The notes: a model not told the origin generated them from the letters alone. A DNA stretch of 64,000 nt from Actinomycetota bacterium (GCA_017856385.1 JAFMFD010000007.1:1156-65155), one strand, 5' to 3'. Positions 25,924-34,882 are shown, counted from the stretch's first letter. A program made the numbers and translations.

Positions 25924-26912
25924 GGGGACATCGTGCCGAAATCCGGCGCCCCGTGCAGGCCCTCGACGGAGCGCGTGTCGTCGAGCCGGGCCCTCAGGCG
26001 CAGGAGGGTCTCGATCAGCCGACCGCGCAGGGGAGCCGCACGGCCCATCAGCTCCCGCTGGCGGCGCGCATACTCCACGCGTCCGTCCGCCGTCTCCACC
26101 CGGACCGGTTCGAGGCTGAGGGACGAGCAGTCGTAGGGGGAGGCCTGCATGTCGAGGGCTCGTGCGTCCCGCGCCAGGGCGAAGCAGTCGGCAGCGAGCT
26201 CACTGGCGACATACGGGTGGAACCACTGGGCGTACTTGTAGAGGTCCATCGTCGCGTGCAGGCAGCCCGGCTGCTCGAGGTCAGGCTGCGTACTTCTCGT
26301 CGGCTCGAGGGAGTTGAGCGGAACCGCCTGAGGTGTGAAGAACCGGAAGGCGTCGATATGGGTGCAGCGCAGGCCGACCTCATGGACCGCGTCGGCGATG
26401 TCGGCCGGGCCCAGGCGCAGGGGCAGGCCGGCGTGGCGGACCTGGTCCTGGTCGAGTCCGTAGACCATCGCCCACTCGTGCATGCCGAAGCAGCCGAGCT
26501 GCGGTGCCCTCGTCGCCGTCGACTCGAGAATGCTCACGGCGAGGTCAAGGCGGGAGCGGTGGAAGGTCGCCCGTCGGGGATCGGCGAGTGCGCCGTCGGC
26601 GGTCCGGGAGTAGGCGGGATGCTCGGCGAAGCGCTCGACGCGGCCGCGCACCTCCACGCCCAGGCCGGGATGCCAGGTGGTGAGGCGGGACGTGGAGTAG
26701 GGGTAGTAGTCGAACAGGAAGTCGTCGACCGGGTGCGCCTGGCCGCGCTCACGACGCGCCAGTCGAGGGGCCACCCAGGCCTGCGTCCGCTCCGCGTGTG
26801 CACGCTCGCGCTCGCGCCACTGGGGCTCGTCGAGGACCTCGAGGAGCTCGAGCCGCTCGAGCAGCGGGGGCTCGTCGAGGACCTCCCGTGCGAGCCTCGT
26901 GCTAGCCGACAC
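25920..26912 (-). CDS. conserved hypothetical protein, function unknown
   Basis: Good GC3 bias and globular sequence (FLFDYYPYS, CFGMHEWAMVY, CTHIDAFRFF, DLYKYAQW). GTG 26912 chosen. Homologues I recall are sometimes labelled 3-methyladenine DNA glycosylase, but I cannot verify this. Confidence 0.6.
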   Translation of the reverse strand: MSASTRLAREVLDEPPLLERLELLEVLDEPQWRERERAHAERTQAWVAPRLARRERGQAHPVDDFLFDYYPYSTSRLTTWHPGLGVEVRGRVERFAEHPAYSRTADGALADPRRATFHRSRLDLAVSILESTATRAPQLGCFGMHEWAMVYGLDQDQVRHAGLPLRLGPADIADAVHEVGLRCTHIDAFRFFTPQAVPLNSLEPTRSTQPDLEQPGCLHATMDLYKYAQWFHPYVASELAADCFALARDARALDMQASPYDCSSLSLEPVRVETADGRVEYARRQRELMGRAAPLRGRLIETLLRLRARLDDTRSVEGLHGAPDFGTMSP

Positions 26913-28029
26913 GCACCAGTCCCATCTGCCGGCACCCCTCGACGAACTCGGGCAGGCCGAACGCATCGACCGGGCCGAGCGCGCCCACCGCGCGTGCGCG
27001 ACCGGTCAGCAGCATGGCCGCGCCCCAGGCGATGAGCTCGGCGGTGAGGTCGTACGGGCTCGGGCCCTCCACCACGACGGCGCTCAGCTCGCGGCCCACC
27101 GCATCGCGCGTGCGGGCAAGGACGAGCGTGCTGGACCCGGCCCGCTCCGCAGGGCTCGGGCCGATGCCGGTCTCGTCGCCGGTGATCTTGCGGACGCCGG
27201 CCTTGACGGCGGACCCGACGCCGGGCAGCGACGCGCCCGCGGCGAGTGCGCCAGTCGCGCCGTGCGCAACGGTGGTCCACTTGCCCGCCCAGCCCAGGCC
27301 GACGCTCACGTCCCGAACGTCAGGGTCGATGCGCGGCATGGTGAAGTGCTCGGTCGCACCGACCGGCATCGCCTGCCAGGTGCGGCCCTCGGCCTCGAAC
27401 TCCAGGACGTCCCCGCGGGTGCGGGCGAGCACACCGTTGCGCAGGGCGAAGGGGGGAGCGTCCATCACCCCGGCGATGCTGGCGCGCGTGCCGCTGCTCA
27501 TGGCCATCGGACCGCGCACGAAGTAGCCGACCTCGACGACAGCCGGGGCCCGGCCATCCGCGCGGGCCTGCTCGATCGCCAGGGCCCCGGCGAGGTTGCC
27601 GGGCACGTAGTCGTAGCCGAAGGCGGTCAGGAGCCGTGCCCCGGTGCGCTCCGCGCGTGGGCCGTCCTCCTCGAAGACCTGCCGGATGAACGGCGGCTCC
27701 CCGGTCGAGTCGACGTACCCGCACCCGGCCGCCACGGCTGCATCGACGGCGGGGCGCCCCCACCGCAGGAACGGCCCGACCGTGGAGACCAGCACGTCAT
27801 CGGGCGAGGTGACCAGCGCGGCCACCGACGCGGGTTCGGAGGCGTCGGCCACCTGCCACGTCGGCGGTCGGTCGACCGGGCCGAGTCCGGCCAGCTCACC
27901 GGTGAGGTCAGCAAGGGCCTCGGCCGACCGGCCGGCCAGCACAGGGGCCATGCCCGCCCGCACCATCGCCTCGGCCACGAGGCGGCCGGTGAACCCGGTC
28001 GCCCCGAAGCAGATCGCGCGTCCCGCCAT
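26902..28029 (-). CDS. saccharopine dehydrogenase-like NAD(P)-binding protein
   Basis: ATG 28029. N-terminal Rossmann ICFGATGFTGRLVAE. 375 aa. The track's extension to 28191 is Arg-rich shadow. Confidence 0.7.
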   Translation of the reverse strand: MAGRAICFGATGFTGRLVAEAMVRAGMAPVLAGRSAEALADLTGELAGLGPVDRPPTWQVADASEPASVAALVTSPDDVLVSTVGPFLRWGRPAVDAAVAAGCGYVDSTGEPPFIRQVFEEDGPRAERTGARLLTAFGYDYVPGNLAGALAIEQARADGRAPAVVEVGYFVRGPMAMSSGTRASIAGVMDAPPFALRNGVLARTRGDVLEFEAEGRTWQAMPVGATEHFTMPRIDPDVRDVSVGLGWAGKWTTVAHGATGALAAGASLPGVGSAVKAGVRKITGDETGIGPSPAERAGSSTLVLARTRDAVGRELSAVVVEGPSPYDLTAELIAWGAAMLLTGRARAVGALGPVDAFGLPEFVEGCRQMGLVRVG

Positions 28030-28097
28030 GGACGGGACGCTACCGGGGTCGGCCGGGGAGCGGGTGCGGGCCGCAGTTCTGGGTCTACAGTTCGCCC

Positions 28098-29477
28098 ATG
28101 ACGCAGCACGCATCGGCCTTCTGGCACCCGTTCGCCGACATGTCCGTGGTCGCCGGCAACGACCTCGTCCTGGCCTCGGGATCGGGCGCATATGTCACCG
28201 ACGAGCAGGGCCGCCGGTACTTCGACGCCACGGCCGGCCTGTGGTTCTGCAACGTCGGTCACGGCCGGGGGGAGATCGCCGAGGCCGTCGCCCGCCAGCT
28301 GACCTCCATCGCGAGCTACTCGTCGTTCGGCGACCTCGCGACGCGCCCCACGCTGGACCTCGCCGACCGGCTCGCCGGCATCGCGCCCATGGCCGACGCC
28401 AAGGTCTTCTTCACGAGCGGCGGCAGCGACAGCGTCGACACCGCCTTCAAGCTCATCCGCCACTACTGGCAGGTCATGGGCCATGCGCAGCGCGACATGT
28501 TCATCACACGTGACCGCTCGTACCACGGCATGCACCTCGCCGGCACCTCGATGGGCGGCATCCCTGCCAACCGCAACGGGTACGGGGAGCTCGAGCCGGG
28601 GATCGTCAACGTGCCCTGGGATGATGCCGATGCCCTCGCTGCGCGGATCGACGAGCTCGGCGCCGATCGCGTGGCGGCCTTCTTCTGCGAGCCGGTCATC
28701 GGCGCCGGTGGCGTCTATGCCCCGCCCCCCGGCTACCTCACCGCCGTGCGCGAGATCTGCCGCGAGCGCGGGGTGCTCTTCGTCGCCGACGAGGTCATCA
28801 CCGGCTTCGGCCGCACCGGGCGCTGGTTTGCGTCCGAGGGCCTGGACCCCGATCTCGTGCTGACGGCCAAGGGCCTGACCTCGGGCTACGTGCCGATGGG
28901 TGCGGTGCTCGTGGGCGCCACGGTCAGTGCTCCGTTCTGGCGTGAGTCCGGGCGCGTCTGGCGGCACGGCTACACGTACTCCGGGCACACGGGTGCCGCC
29001 GCCGCGGCGATGGCCAACCTCGACATCCTCGAGCGCGAGCAGCTGGTCGCCCAGGTCGCGGACCTCGCGCTGCCCTTCAGTGCCGCCCTCGTCGACCTGC
29101 GCGGCCACTCGTGGGTGAAGGACGTGCGCTCGGGCGTGGGCCTGCTCGCCGCCGTGGCGCTGCAGGACGACGTGATGGCCGAGGACCCCACGACCATGCT
29201 GCGCCTGGTGGCTGCGCTCCGCGGCCACGGAGTCATCACGCGGATGCTGGCCGACGGCGGCATGCAGCTCTCGCCCTCGTTCGTCTCGACCCGCGAGGAC
29301 CTCCAGGCGCTCGGCCGCAGTATCTCCGCGGCCCTGACGGAACTCGGCTCGACGCCGCCGTCGATGTCAGCCGAGTCCGAGCCCCTGCTCGCCGACATCA
29401 CGACGGACGAGCTCGGCGGCTTCGGCAGCTCCGATGCGCGGCTGCTCGCCGAGGTGCCCCCGCACCACGGTCGCTGA
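28098..29477 (+). CDS. class III (omega) aminotransferase, PLP-dependent
   Basis: SGGSDSVDTAFK, DEVITGFGRTGRWFA, and the Lys in TAKGLTSGY. 459 aa. Confidence 0.9.
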   Translation: MTQHASAFWHPFADMSVVAGNDLVLASGSGAYVTDEQGRRYFDATAGLWFCNVGHGRGEIAEAVARQLTSIASYSSFGDLATRPTLDLADRLAGIAPMADAKVFFTSGGSDSVDTAFKLIRHYWQVMGHAQRDMFITRDRSYHGMHLAGTSMGGIPANRNGYGELEPGIVNVPWDDADALAARIDELGADRVAAFFCEPVIGAGGVYAPPPGYLTAVREICRERGVLFVADEVITGFGRTGRWFASEGLDPDLVLTAKGLTSGYVPMGAVLVGATVSAPFWRESGRVWRHGYTYSGHTGAAAAAMANLDILEREQLVAQVADLALPFSAALVDLRGHSWVKDVRSGVGLLAAVALQDDVMAEDPTTMLRLVAALRGHGVITRMLADGGMQLSPSFVSTREDLQALGRSISAALTELGSTPPSMSAESEPLLADITTDELGGFGSSDARLLAEVPPHHGR

Positions 29478-29504
29478 GCGGCGCGCGCTCCCTGAGGGGC
29501 GCGG

Positions 29505-29888
29505 CTACGACCGGCCCTGCTGCTCCTTGAGCAGGTCGCGAATCTCCTTCAGTAGTGCGATGTCGGCCGGCGTCACGTCGATGTCGCCACCGGACCCGGT
29601 GCGTCGACGGTACGCGTTCATCGGCGCGACGAAGACGAAGTACAGGACCGTCATCGTGATCAGGAAGGTGATGACCGCGTTGATGAGCGCGGTGAAGTCG
29701 ATGACCTGGCCGTTGATCTGCAGGGTGCCCGCCTCGATCCCCCCGCCGAGGAAGATGCCGACGACCGGCTCGATGAGCGACGCCGAGAAGGCGCCGACGA
29801 GGGCGGTGAATGCGGCACCGGCGACGAACGCGACGGAGAGGTCGACGACGTTGCCGCGCAGGACGAAATCGCGGAATCCCTTGAGCAT
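29505..29888 (-). CDS. mscL: large-conductance mechanosensitive channel
   Basis: MLKGFRDFVLRGNVVDLSVAFVAGAAF is the hallmark MscL N-terminus. ATG 29888. Confidence 0.9.
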   Translation of the reverse strand: MLKGFRDFVLRGNVVDLSVAFVAGAAFTALVGAFSASLIEPVVGIFLGGGIEAGTLQINGQVIDFTALINAVITFLITMTVLYFVFVAPMNAYRRRTGSGGDIDVTPADIALLKEIRDLLKEQQGRS

Positions 29889-29937
29889 CTGCGTTTCCTT
29901 CGCATGGAGGGCCATCCGGCCGCGGACCGGCTCGAAT

Positions 29938-30393
29938 CTACCGGTCTGCGCGCGGGTGGATCAGCAGGGCGAGCGGTGCCTGCGCTGCTGCGGCGGCCAC
30001 GGCCATCGCGTCGGCCTCGGGGACCGCGACTAGAAGGACGGCAGTGCTGGCGCCGAGGGCGGATGAGCCGCGGGCCGGCTCGATGATGCGTGCCCGCTCG
30101 GCCAGCGACCGTGCTCGGCCGTCGGCGTCGAAGCCGATGAGGTCGACGAGGTCGCCGGTCACGACGGATGCCGCGATCGCCGGGCTGGCAACCTCGATCG
30201 GCACCGTGCGCTCCCCTTCGCGGACCGAGCTCGAGGACGTGGCGCCCACAGGCGGTGCCGACGATGGCTGCATGCTCGCGGTGTCGGGTCGCAGCGCCAG
30301 AAGCGCACAGCCGGTCGCCGCCGCGGCGAGGATGGCGGCGATGGCGCGCCGGTGCCGGGCCAGTCGGCGTCGCAGTGAGGGCAGGCGAGGCAC
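29938..30393 (-). CDS. membrane-anchored hypothetical protein (possibly SAF-domain-like)
   Basis: N-terminal basic region plus one TM segment (AIAAILAAAATGCALLAL). This is the position between mscL and the FmdB-like gene seen in other actinobacteria (from memory). Confidence 0.45.
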   Translation of the reverse strand: MPRLPSLRRRLARHRRAIAAILAAAATGCALLALRPDTASMQPSSAPPVGATSSSSVREGERTVPIEVASPAIAASVVTGDLVDLIGFDADGRARSLAERARIIEPARGSSALGASTAVLLVAVPEADAMAVAAAAAQAPLALLIHPRADR

Positions 30394-30478
30394 ACGGGTG
30401 ACGCTAGGTCAGTGGCGGCCACGCGTCGAACGGCTGTCCACAGGCCGGGGGTGGGGCGCCGGGTCGCCGCGCCCGTGC

Positions 30479-30835
30479 TCAGGACGCGCTGGATGCCGCC
30501 GGTGCGCTGGAGGATCCCGAGGATGACGAGCCCGATGAGCCCGATGAGCCCGAGGTCGACGAGCCCGAGGTCGACGTCGACGTCGACGAGCCCGAGGTCG
30601 ACGTCGATGTCGACGTGGACGACGACGAGCCCGAGGAGTCCGACGAGCCGGTCGACGAACGGGAGTCCGTCCGGTAGAACCCCGAGCCCTTGAAGTGCAC
30701 GCCCACGCCGGAGAACAGCTTGCGCACGGTGTCCTGGCCGCACACCGGGCAGGTCGTCAGCGTGGGATCGCTCATGCTCTGCTGGACCTCGTGGGTCTGG
30801 TCGCAGGTCGAGCAGGCGTACTCGTAGGTGGGCAC
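30479..30835 (-). CDS. FmdB-family zinc-ribbon protein (M. tuberculosis Rv0991c-like) with Ser/Thr/Gly-rich tail
   Basis: GTG 30835. VPTYEYACSTCDQ..CPVCG carries CxxC..CxxC. The C-terminal ~60 aa are low complexity (SSTSTSTSTSGSSTSTSTSGSS..). Confidence 0.8.
   Translation of the reverse strand: MPTYEYACSTCDQTHEVQQSMSDPTLTTCPVCGQDTVRKLFSGVGVHFKGSGFYRTDSRSSTGSSDSSGSSSSTSTSTSTSGSSTSTSTSGSSTSGSSGSSGSSSSGSSSAPAASSAS
30522..30655. repeat. imperfect tandem repeats (9- to 30-nt units, GACGAGCCCGAGGTCGACGTCGAC..) encoding the S/T/G tail
   Basis: GAGCCCGAGGTCGACGTCGACGTCGAC is followed by GAGCCCGAGGTCGACGTCGATGTCGAC, with several GAGCCCGAT/GAGCCCGAG units. Confidence 0.7.
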
Positions 30836-30885
30836 CGGGCCTCCGTCGGGAACCTGATCTGGCACTCGGGACAACTGAGTGCTAA

Positions 30886-31311
30886 GTGTGCACCGAGAAG
30901 GGCGAGTCGTCCAATCCGCTTTACTGGGCTGCTGTGCCTGTCCTCCTTGCCATCGCCCTCGGCGGTGCCCTCGGCTCGATGGCCCGGTGGGCGGTCGAGG
31001 CACTGCTCCCGGCCTCCCCTGCGGGCTGGCCCTGGGGCACGCTGACGGTCAACGTGGTGGGCGCGCTGGCGATCGGGGTGCTGGCCGGGTCGGCCCGACT
31101 CCGCTCGGCGCCCGCCTGGGTCCGACCCCTGGTCATCACCGGCGTGCTCGGCGGGTTCACCACTGTGTCGGCCCTTGCGGGGGAGACGGTTGCGCTTCTC
31201 GACAGCGGGCAGGCGCCCCTGGCCCTCGGATACGTCGGGGTGACGCTGGCCGCCGGGCTCGTCGCGGTGCGGCTCGGTGCGCGCGCGGGTGTGGTCCTGG
31301 AGCCGCGATGA
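30886..31311 (+). CDS. crcB: fluoride channel CrcB/FluC, subunit 1
   Basis: GALGSMARW, TLTVNVVGA, GGFTTVSA. The start is uncertain and the N-terminal ~12 aa may not be translated. Confidence 0.8.
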   Translation: MCTEKGESSNPLYWAAVPVLLAIALGGALGSMARWAVEALLPASPAGWPWGTLTVNVVGALAIGVLAGSARLRSAPAWVRPLVITGVLGGFTTVSALAGETVALLDSGQAPLALGYVGVTLAAGLVAVRLGARAGVVLEPR

Positions 31312-31673
31312 CGCTGCTCCTCGCCGTGGCGATCGGGGGTGCCGTCGGCGCACCGCTGCGCTACCTGCTCGAACGCTGGGTCGGCAAGCGCACGCGAGGC
31401 AGGCGCGCCTTCCCGTGGGGGCTGCTGGTGGTCAATGCCGTCGGCAGCGCGATCGCCGGGATCGTCGTGATCGCGACCACCGGGGGCCTCCGCGTCCTCC
31501 TGCTCGTGGGCTTCTGCGGAGCCCTGACCACGTTCTCCGGGCTCGCCTGGGAGGCCGACCGGCTGCGCCGCGTCGATGCGCCGATGTCCTGGGTGGCGAT
31601 CGTCGCCATCCCTGCGGCGTGCATCGCCGCGTTCTGGATCGCGTGGCGGCTGGCCGCCGCGCTGGTCGGCTGA
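31308..31673 (+). CDS. crcB: fluoride channel CrcB/FluC, subunit 2
   Basis: ATG 31308 overlaps the upstream stop (ATGA). GGAVGAPLRY, VVNAVGS, GALTTFSG. It is hidden inside track ORF 30879-31673. Confidence 0.85.
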   Translation: MTLLLAVAIGGAVGAPLRYLLERWVGKRTRGRRAFPWGLLVVNAVGSAIAGIVVIATTGGLRVLLLVGFCGALTTFSGLAWEADRLRRVDAPMSWVAIVAIPAACIAAFWIAWRLAAALVG

Positions 31674-31698
31674 CGCTGGACCGTTAGGTGCGAGCGGC

Positions 31699-32355
31699 TC
31701 AGCCGAGGTCGTGCAGTCCGGACGGGGTCAGGGCCACGTCGACGCGGCGGTCCCAGTCGTCGGTCGGCACGTGATCGACCAGCTCGTCGTCGTGCAGGAC
31801 GACTACCACGAGGGGGCCGCCTTCGTCGTTGCGGGGCAGGGTCGCCAGCAGGCGGTCGTAGAAGCCGCCGCCCTGCCCGAGCCTGCGGCCGGCGGGATCG
31901 ACAGCCATGCCGGGAACGAGCAGCAGGTCCAGGCCGAGCAGGTCGGCAGGCCGGATGGCGTGTCCCTCGGGCTCGCGCACCCCGAACCGCCCGATGGCCA
32001 CGGGCGTGCCCGGACGGTAGGCGACCCACTCGAGGTCGTCACCGCGCACGCGGGGCACCCACACGGCGGCGTGGTCGCCATGGGCACGCGCGATGAGGGG
32101 GTCGGTCCCCGGCTCGACGTCCTTGGCGAGGTAGCAGGCCATCAGCAGCGGCTTGGCCTCGCCGAGGCTGCGCATCAGGTAGGTCGCATGCTCGGCCAGG
32201 CCCTGCGCGTCGGCCCCGCGCTGCTCGGGGGTGCGGGCGGCACGCGACCGGCGGATGCGCTGCCGGAGCTCCTCCTTCTGCGCAGCAGCACCACCCGGGT
32301 CGCGCGCGGCGCCGCGGGAGTCCGGCGGCGGGTCCTGTGCTGACACGGTCATCAT
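31699..32355 (-). CDS. 5-formyltetrahydrofolate cyclo-ligase
   Basis: LLLVPGMAVDPAGRRLGQGGGFYDR is the family signature. ATG 32355 or 32385 are both possible starts. Confidence 0.8.
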   Translation of the reverse strand: MMTVSAQDPPPDSRGAARDPGGAAAQKEELRQRIRRSRAARTPEQRGADAQGLAEHATYLMRSLGEAKPLLMACYLAKDVEPGTDPLIARAHGDHAAVWVPRVRGDDLEWVAYRPGTPVAIGRFGVREPEGHAIRPADLLGLDLLLVPGMAVDPAGRRLGQGGGFYDRLLATLPRNDEGGPLVVVVLHDDELVDHVPTDDWDRRVDVALTPSGLHDLG

Positions 32356-32408
32356 GGTGCCCGACACTGGGCCGCCGAGGGGCACCCTTCATCCCCTAGG
32401 GTCGGGGC

Positions 32409-33308
32409 GTGGCATCCGACGACGTCGTCCGCAAGGCCGTGATCCCGGCCGCGGGCCTGGGCACGCGCTTCCTGCCGGCCACCAAAGCCACCCCCAAGGA
32501 GATGCTGCCCGTCGTCGACAAGCCTGCCATCCAGTACGTGGTGGAGGAGGCCGTGGCGGCCGGCCTGGACGACGTGCTGTTCATCACCGGCCGCAGCAAG
32601 CGCCCGCTCGAGGACCACTTCGACCGCAACCTCGAGCTCGAGCAGGTCCTCGCCGCCAAGGACGACTCCTCGCGGCTCGCCGCCGTGACCGCGTCGAGCA
32701 GCCTGGGCAGGATCCACTACGTGCGGCAGGGGGATCCGCTCGGCCTCGGGCATGCAGTCCTGATGGCCGAGAGCCATGTGGGCTCCGAGCCCTTCGCGGT
32801 GCTGCTCGGCGACGACCTCATCGACCCGCGGGATCCGGTCCTGCAGGAGATGCTCGCGGTGCGGGCCGAGCACGGGGGATCGGTGATCTGCCTGATGCAG
32901 GTCCCGCGCGAGACGATCTCGCTCTATGGGTGCCCCGCGGTCGCCGCGACGTCGCGGGAGGACGTCGTCGTGGTGACCGACCTGATCGAGAAGCCCGATG
33001 TCGACGAGGCGCCGAGTGAGTACGCAGTGATCGGGCGCTACGTGCTCGATCCGGCGGTCTTCGACGTGCTGCGCACGACGCCACCGGGCCGTGGCGGGGA
33101 GATCCAGCTCACCGATGCCCTGCGCGTGCTCGCCGCGCGCCCCGCGTCCGAGGGCGGCGGCGTGCACGGCTACGTGTTCTCCGGCCGGCGGTACGACACC
33201 GGCGACCGGCTGTCCTACCTGCAGGCCGTCATCACCCTCGCCGTCGAGCGCGAGGACCTCGGCCCCGAACTGAGGTCATGGCTCGCGGACTTCGTCGGGC
33301 GGCTGTGA
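32409..33308 (+). CDS. galU: UTP--glucose-1-phosphate uridylyltransferase
   Basis: AVIPAAGLGTRFLPATKATPKEMLPVVDKPAIQYVVEE. 299 aa. Confidence 0.9.
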   Translation: MASDDVVRKAVIPAAGLGTRFLPATKATPKEMLPVVDKPAIQYVVEEAVAAGLDDVLFITGRSKRPLEDHFDRNLELEQVLAAKDDSSRLAAVTASSSLGRIHYVRQGDPLGLGHAVLMAESHVGSEPFAVLLGDDLIDPRDPVLQEMLAVRAEHGGSVICLMQVPRETISLYGCPAVAATSREDVVVVTDLIEKPDVDEAPSEYAVIGRYVLDPAVFDVLRTTPPGRGGEIQLTDALRVLAARPASEGGGVHGYVFSGRRYDTGDRLSYLQAVITLAVEREDLGPELRSWLADFVGRL

Positions 33309-33943
33309 CCAGGGCCTGGCCCGCGACACTCGCGCACGGCGACGTGGGCCTTCGACCCCTTCGCCATCTGGACGCCCGGCGATGGCGGGATGTCCGCCAG
33401 CGCAATATCGAGTGGCTCAAGCCGTGGGAGGCGACCCTGCCGCCTGAGGCCCTCGACGAGGGCACCGTGATGACGTCGTTCGGGATGATGGTGCGCCGCC
33501 TGCGGAGTGAGGCCCGCGAGGGCCGCACCCTGCCGTGGGTGCTGACCTACCGCGGCGAGCTCATCGGGCAGGTGACCGTCGGCGGCATGACGGGTGGGTC
33601 GCTGCGCTCGGGCTACATCGGCTACTGGATCGATCGAGAGCACGCGGGCCGCGGCATCATGCCTACGGCCGTCGCGATGGCGCTGGACCACTGCCTCAAC
33701 GCGGTCCGCCTGCACCGCATCGAGATCAACATCCGGCCCGAGAACGCCGCCTCCCTCCGCGTCGTCGAGAAGCTCGGCCTGCGCCTGGAGGGCGAGCGGA
33801 TGTCGTTCCTGCACATCGACGGGGAGTGGCGCGATCACCTGACGTTCGTCGTCCTCTCCGGCGACTTCCCCGGCGGCGTGCTCGCGCACCTCGAGGCGTC
33901 GCGTGGCGCACCGCGCACGGACAGCGCGGCAGGCGAGCAGTAG
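33305..33943 (+). CDS. GNAT family N-acetyltransferase (RimJ/RimL-like)
   Basis: YWIDREHAGRGIMPTAV..LHRIEINIRPENAASLRVVEKLG. GTG 33305 overlaps the galU stop (GTGA). ATG 33278 is an alternative. Confidence 0.8.
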   Translation: MTRAWPATLAHGDVGLRPLRHLDARRWRDVRQRNIEWLKPWEATLPPEALDEGTVMTSFGMMVRRLRSEAREGRTLPWVLTYRGELIGQVTVGGMTGGSLRSGYIGYWIDREHAGRGIMPTAVAMALDHCLNAVRLHRIEINIRPENAASLRVVEKLGLRLEGERMSFLHIDGEWRDHLTFVVLSGDFPGGVLAHLEASRGAPRTDSAAGEQ

Positions 33944-34018
33944 CAATCGGCGACACGCCGGGAGCGTTCACCTTCCGCATCCCCGGCGTTTCCCCTTGGC
34001 GGTCATAGCGTTCCTGCT

Positions 34019-34882
34019 GTGACGGGTGTCATCTACGTGGTGATCATCGCCTTATGGGCAGCCGTCCTGATCCCGATCTGGCTCAAGCGACACGACCAGA
34101 TCAGCGAGGTCCGCTCCACCGCGCGCTTCTCCTCGGCCATGAGGACCCTCGGCGGACGCGGCAACCTGACGCCTGCCGCCGCCGGTGGGCCCGACCTCGC
34201 TGCCGATGATCCCTCGATGCATCGAGGAGGCGGCTCCTCGTCCCACATGCGTTCGGAGTACCGCATGGACGATCGCTACCCCTACACGCCCTCGGGCCGG
34301 GATGTCCGGGAGATCGACGGCCTGGACCGCGAGTACGAGCGCGAGCTCGTGCGCCGATCGGCCGCGATGCGTCGCACCGTCATCCTCGGCTCGCTCACCC
34401 TGGTGCTGTTCGGATCCCTGGTGCTGGCCGTCCTCGGGGCGCTGCCCCGCTGGGTCCCGATCATGGCTGCGATCCCGGTCGTCGCGTTCGTCCTCGCAAC
34501 GGCGATGACCGCCTCGGCCCGGTCTGCGCCTGCGGCCCGTCGGTCGGCGCCCGCGGCGCGGCGCGACGTCGTCCGCGAGGAGCCCGCTGTGCAGGCGGAC
34601 GACGACTGGGAGTCCTGGAGCGCCTGGGACGACGACGACGCGTGGGAGGCGGTGCCGACCACGCTCCCGACCTACGTCAATGCCCCGCGTGCCTCGGCCG
34701 TGCCGCGCGAGATCGACCGCGCGCATCCGGGAGAGTGGACCGGCCAGGCCATGGTCGACACGGCCCGGGCCATGCGCACGCGAGCGCAGGTCGCACCCGC
34801 GGCCGAGGACGTCGACCATGCCGCGGACACTGCCGAGATCCCCGTGGTCGCCTACGACGAGCGCCGCGCAGCGAACAGCTAG
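34019..34882 (+). CDS. N-terminally anchored membrane protein, possibly divisome protein SepX/GlpR-like
   Basis: GTG 34019 and a single TM segment VIYVVIIALWAAVLIPIWLKRH, followed by a long disordered region. The family call is from memory of annotated homologues. Confidence 0.5.
   Translation: MTGVIYVVIIALWAAVLIPIWLKRHDQISEVRSTARFSSAMRTLGGRGNLTPAAAGGPDLAADDPSMHRGGGSSSHMRSEYRMDDRYPYTPSGRDVREIDGLDREYERELVRRSAAMRRTVILGSLTLVLFGSLVLAVLGALPRWVPIMAAIPVVAFVLATAMTASARSAPAARRSAPAARRDVVREEPAVQADDDWESWSAWDDDDAWEAVPTTLPTYVNAPRASAVPREIDRAHPGEWTGQAMVDTARAMRTRAQVAPAAEDVDHAADTAEIPVVAYDERRAANS

Noticed and set aside
27627-29228. 533-aa minus-strand ORF. The same class includes 37259-38656, 60988-62865, 18618-19631, 54194-55846 and 55504-56907.
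   Set aside because: All overlap strongly supported genes on the other strand or in another frame, and all have Arg/Gly/Pro/His-rich translations with no recognisable motifs.
30836-30920. Fluoride riboswitch in front of crcB
   Set aside because: The conserved GATGG / AAC(C/G)GCC / GCTGATGA elements were not found by eye in the short divergent gap.
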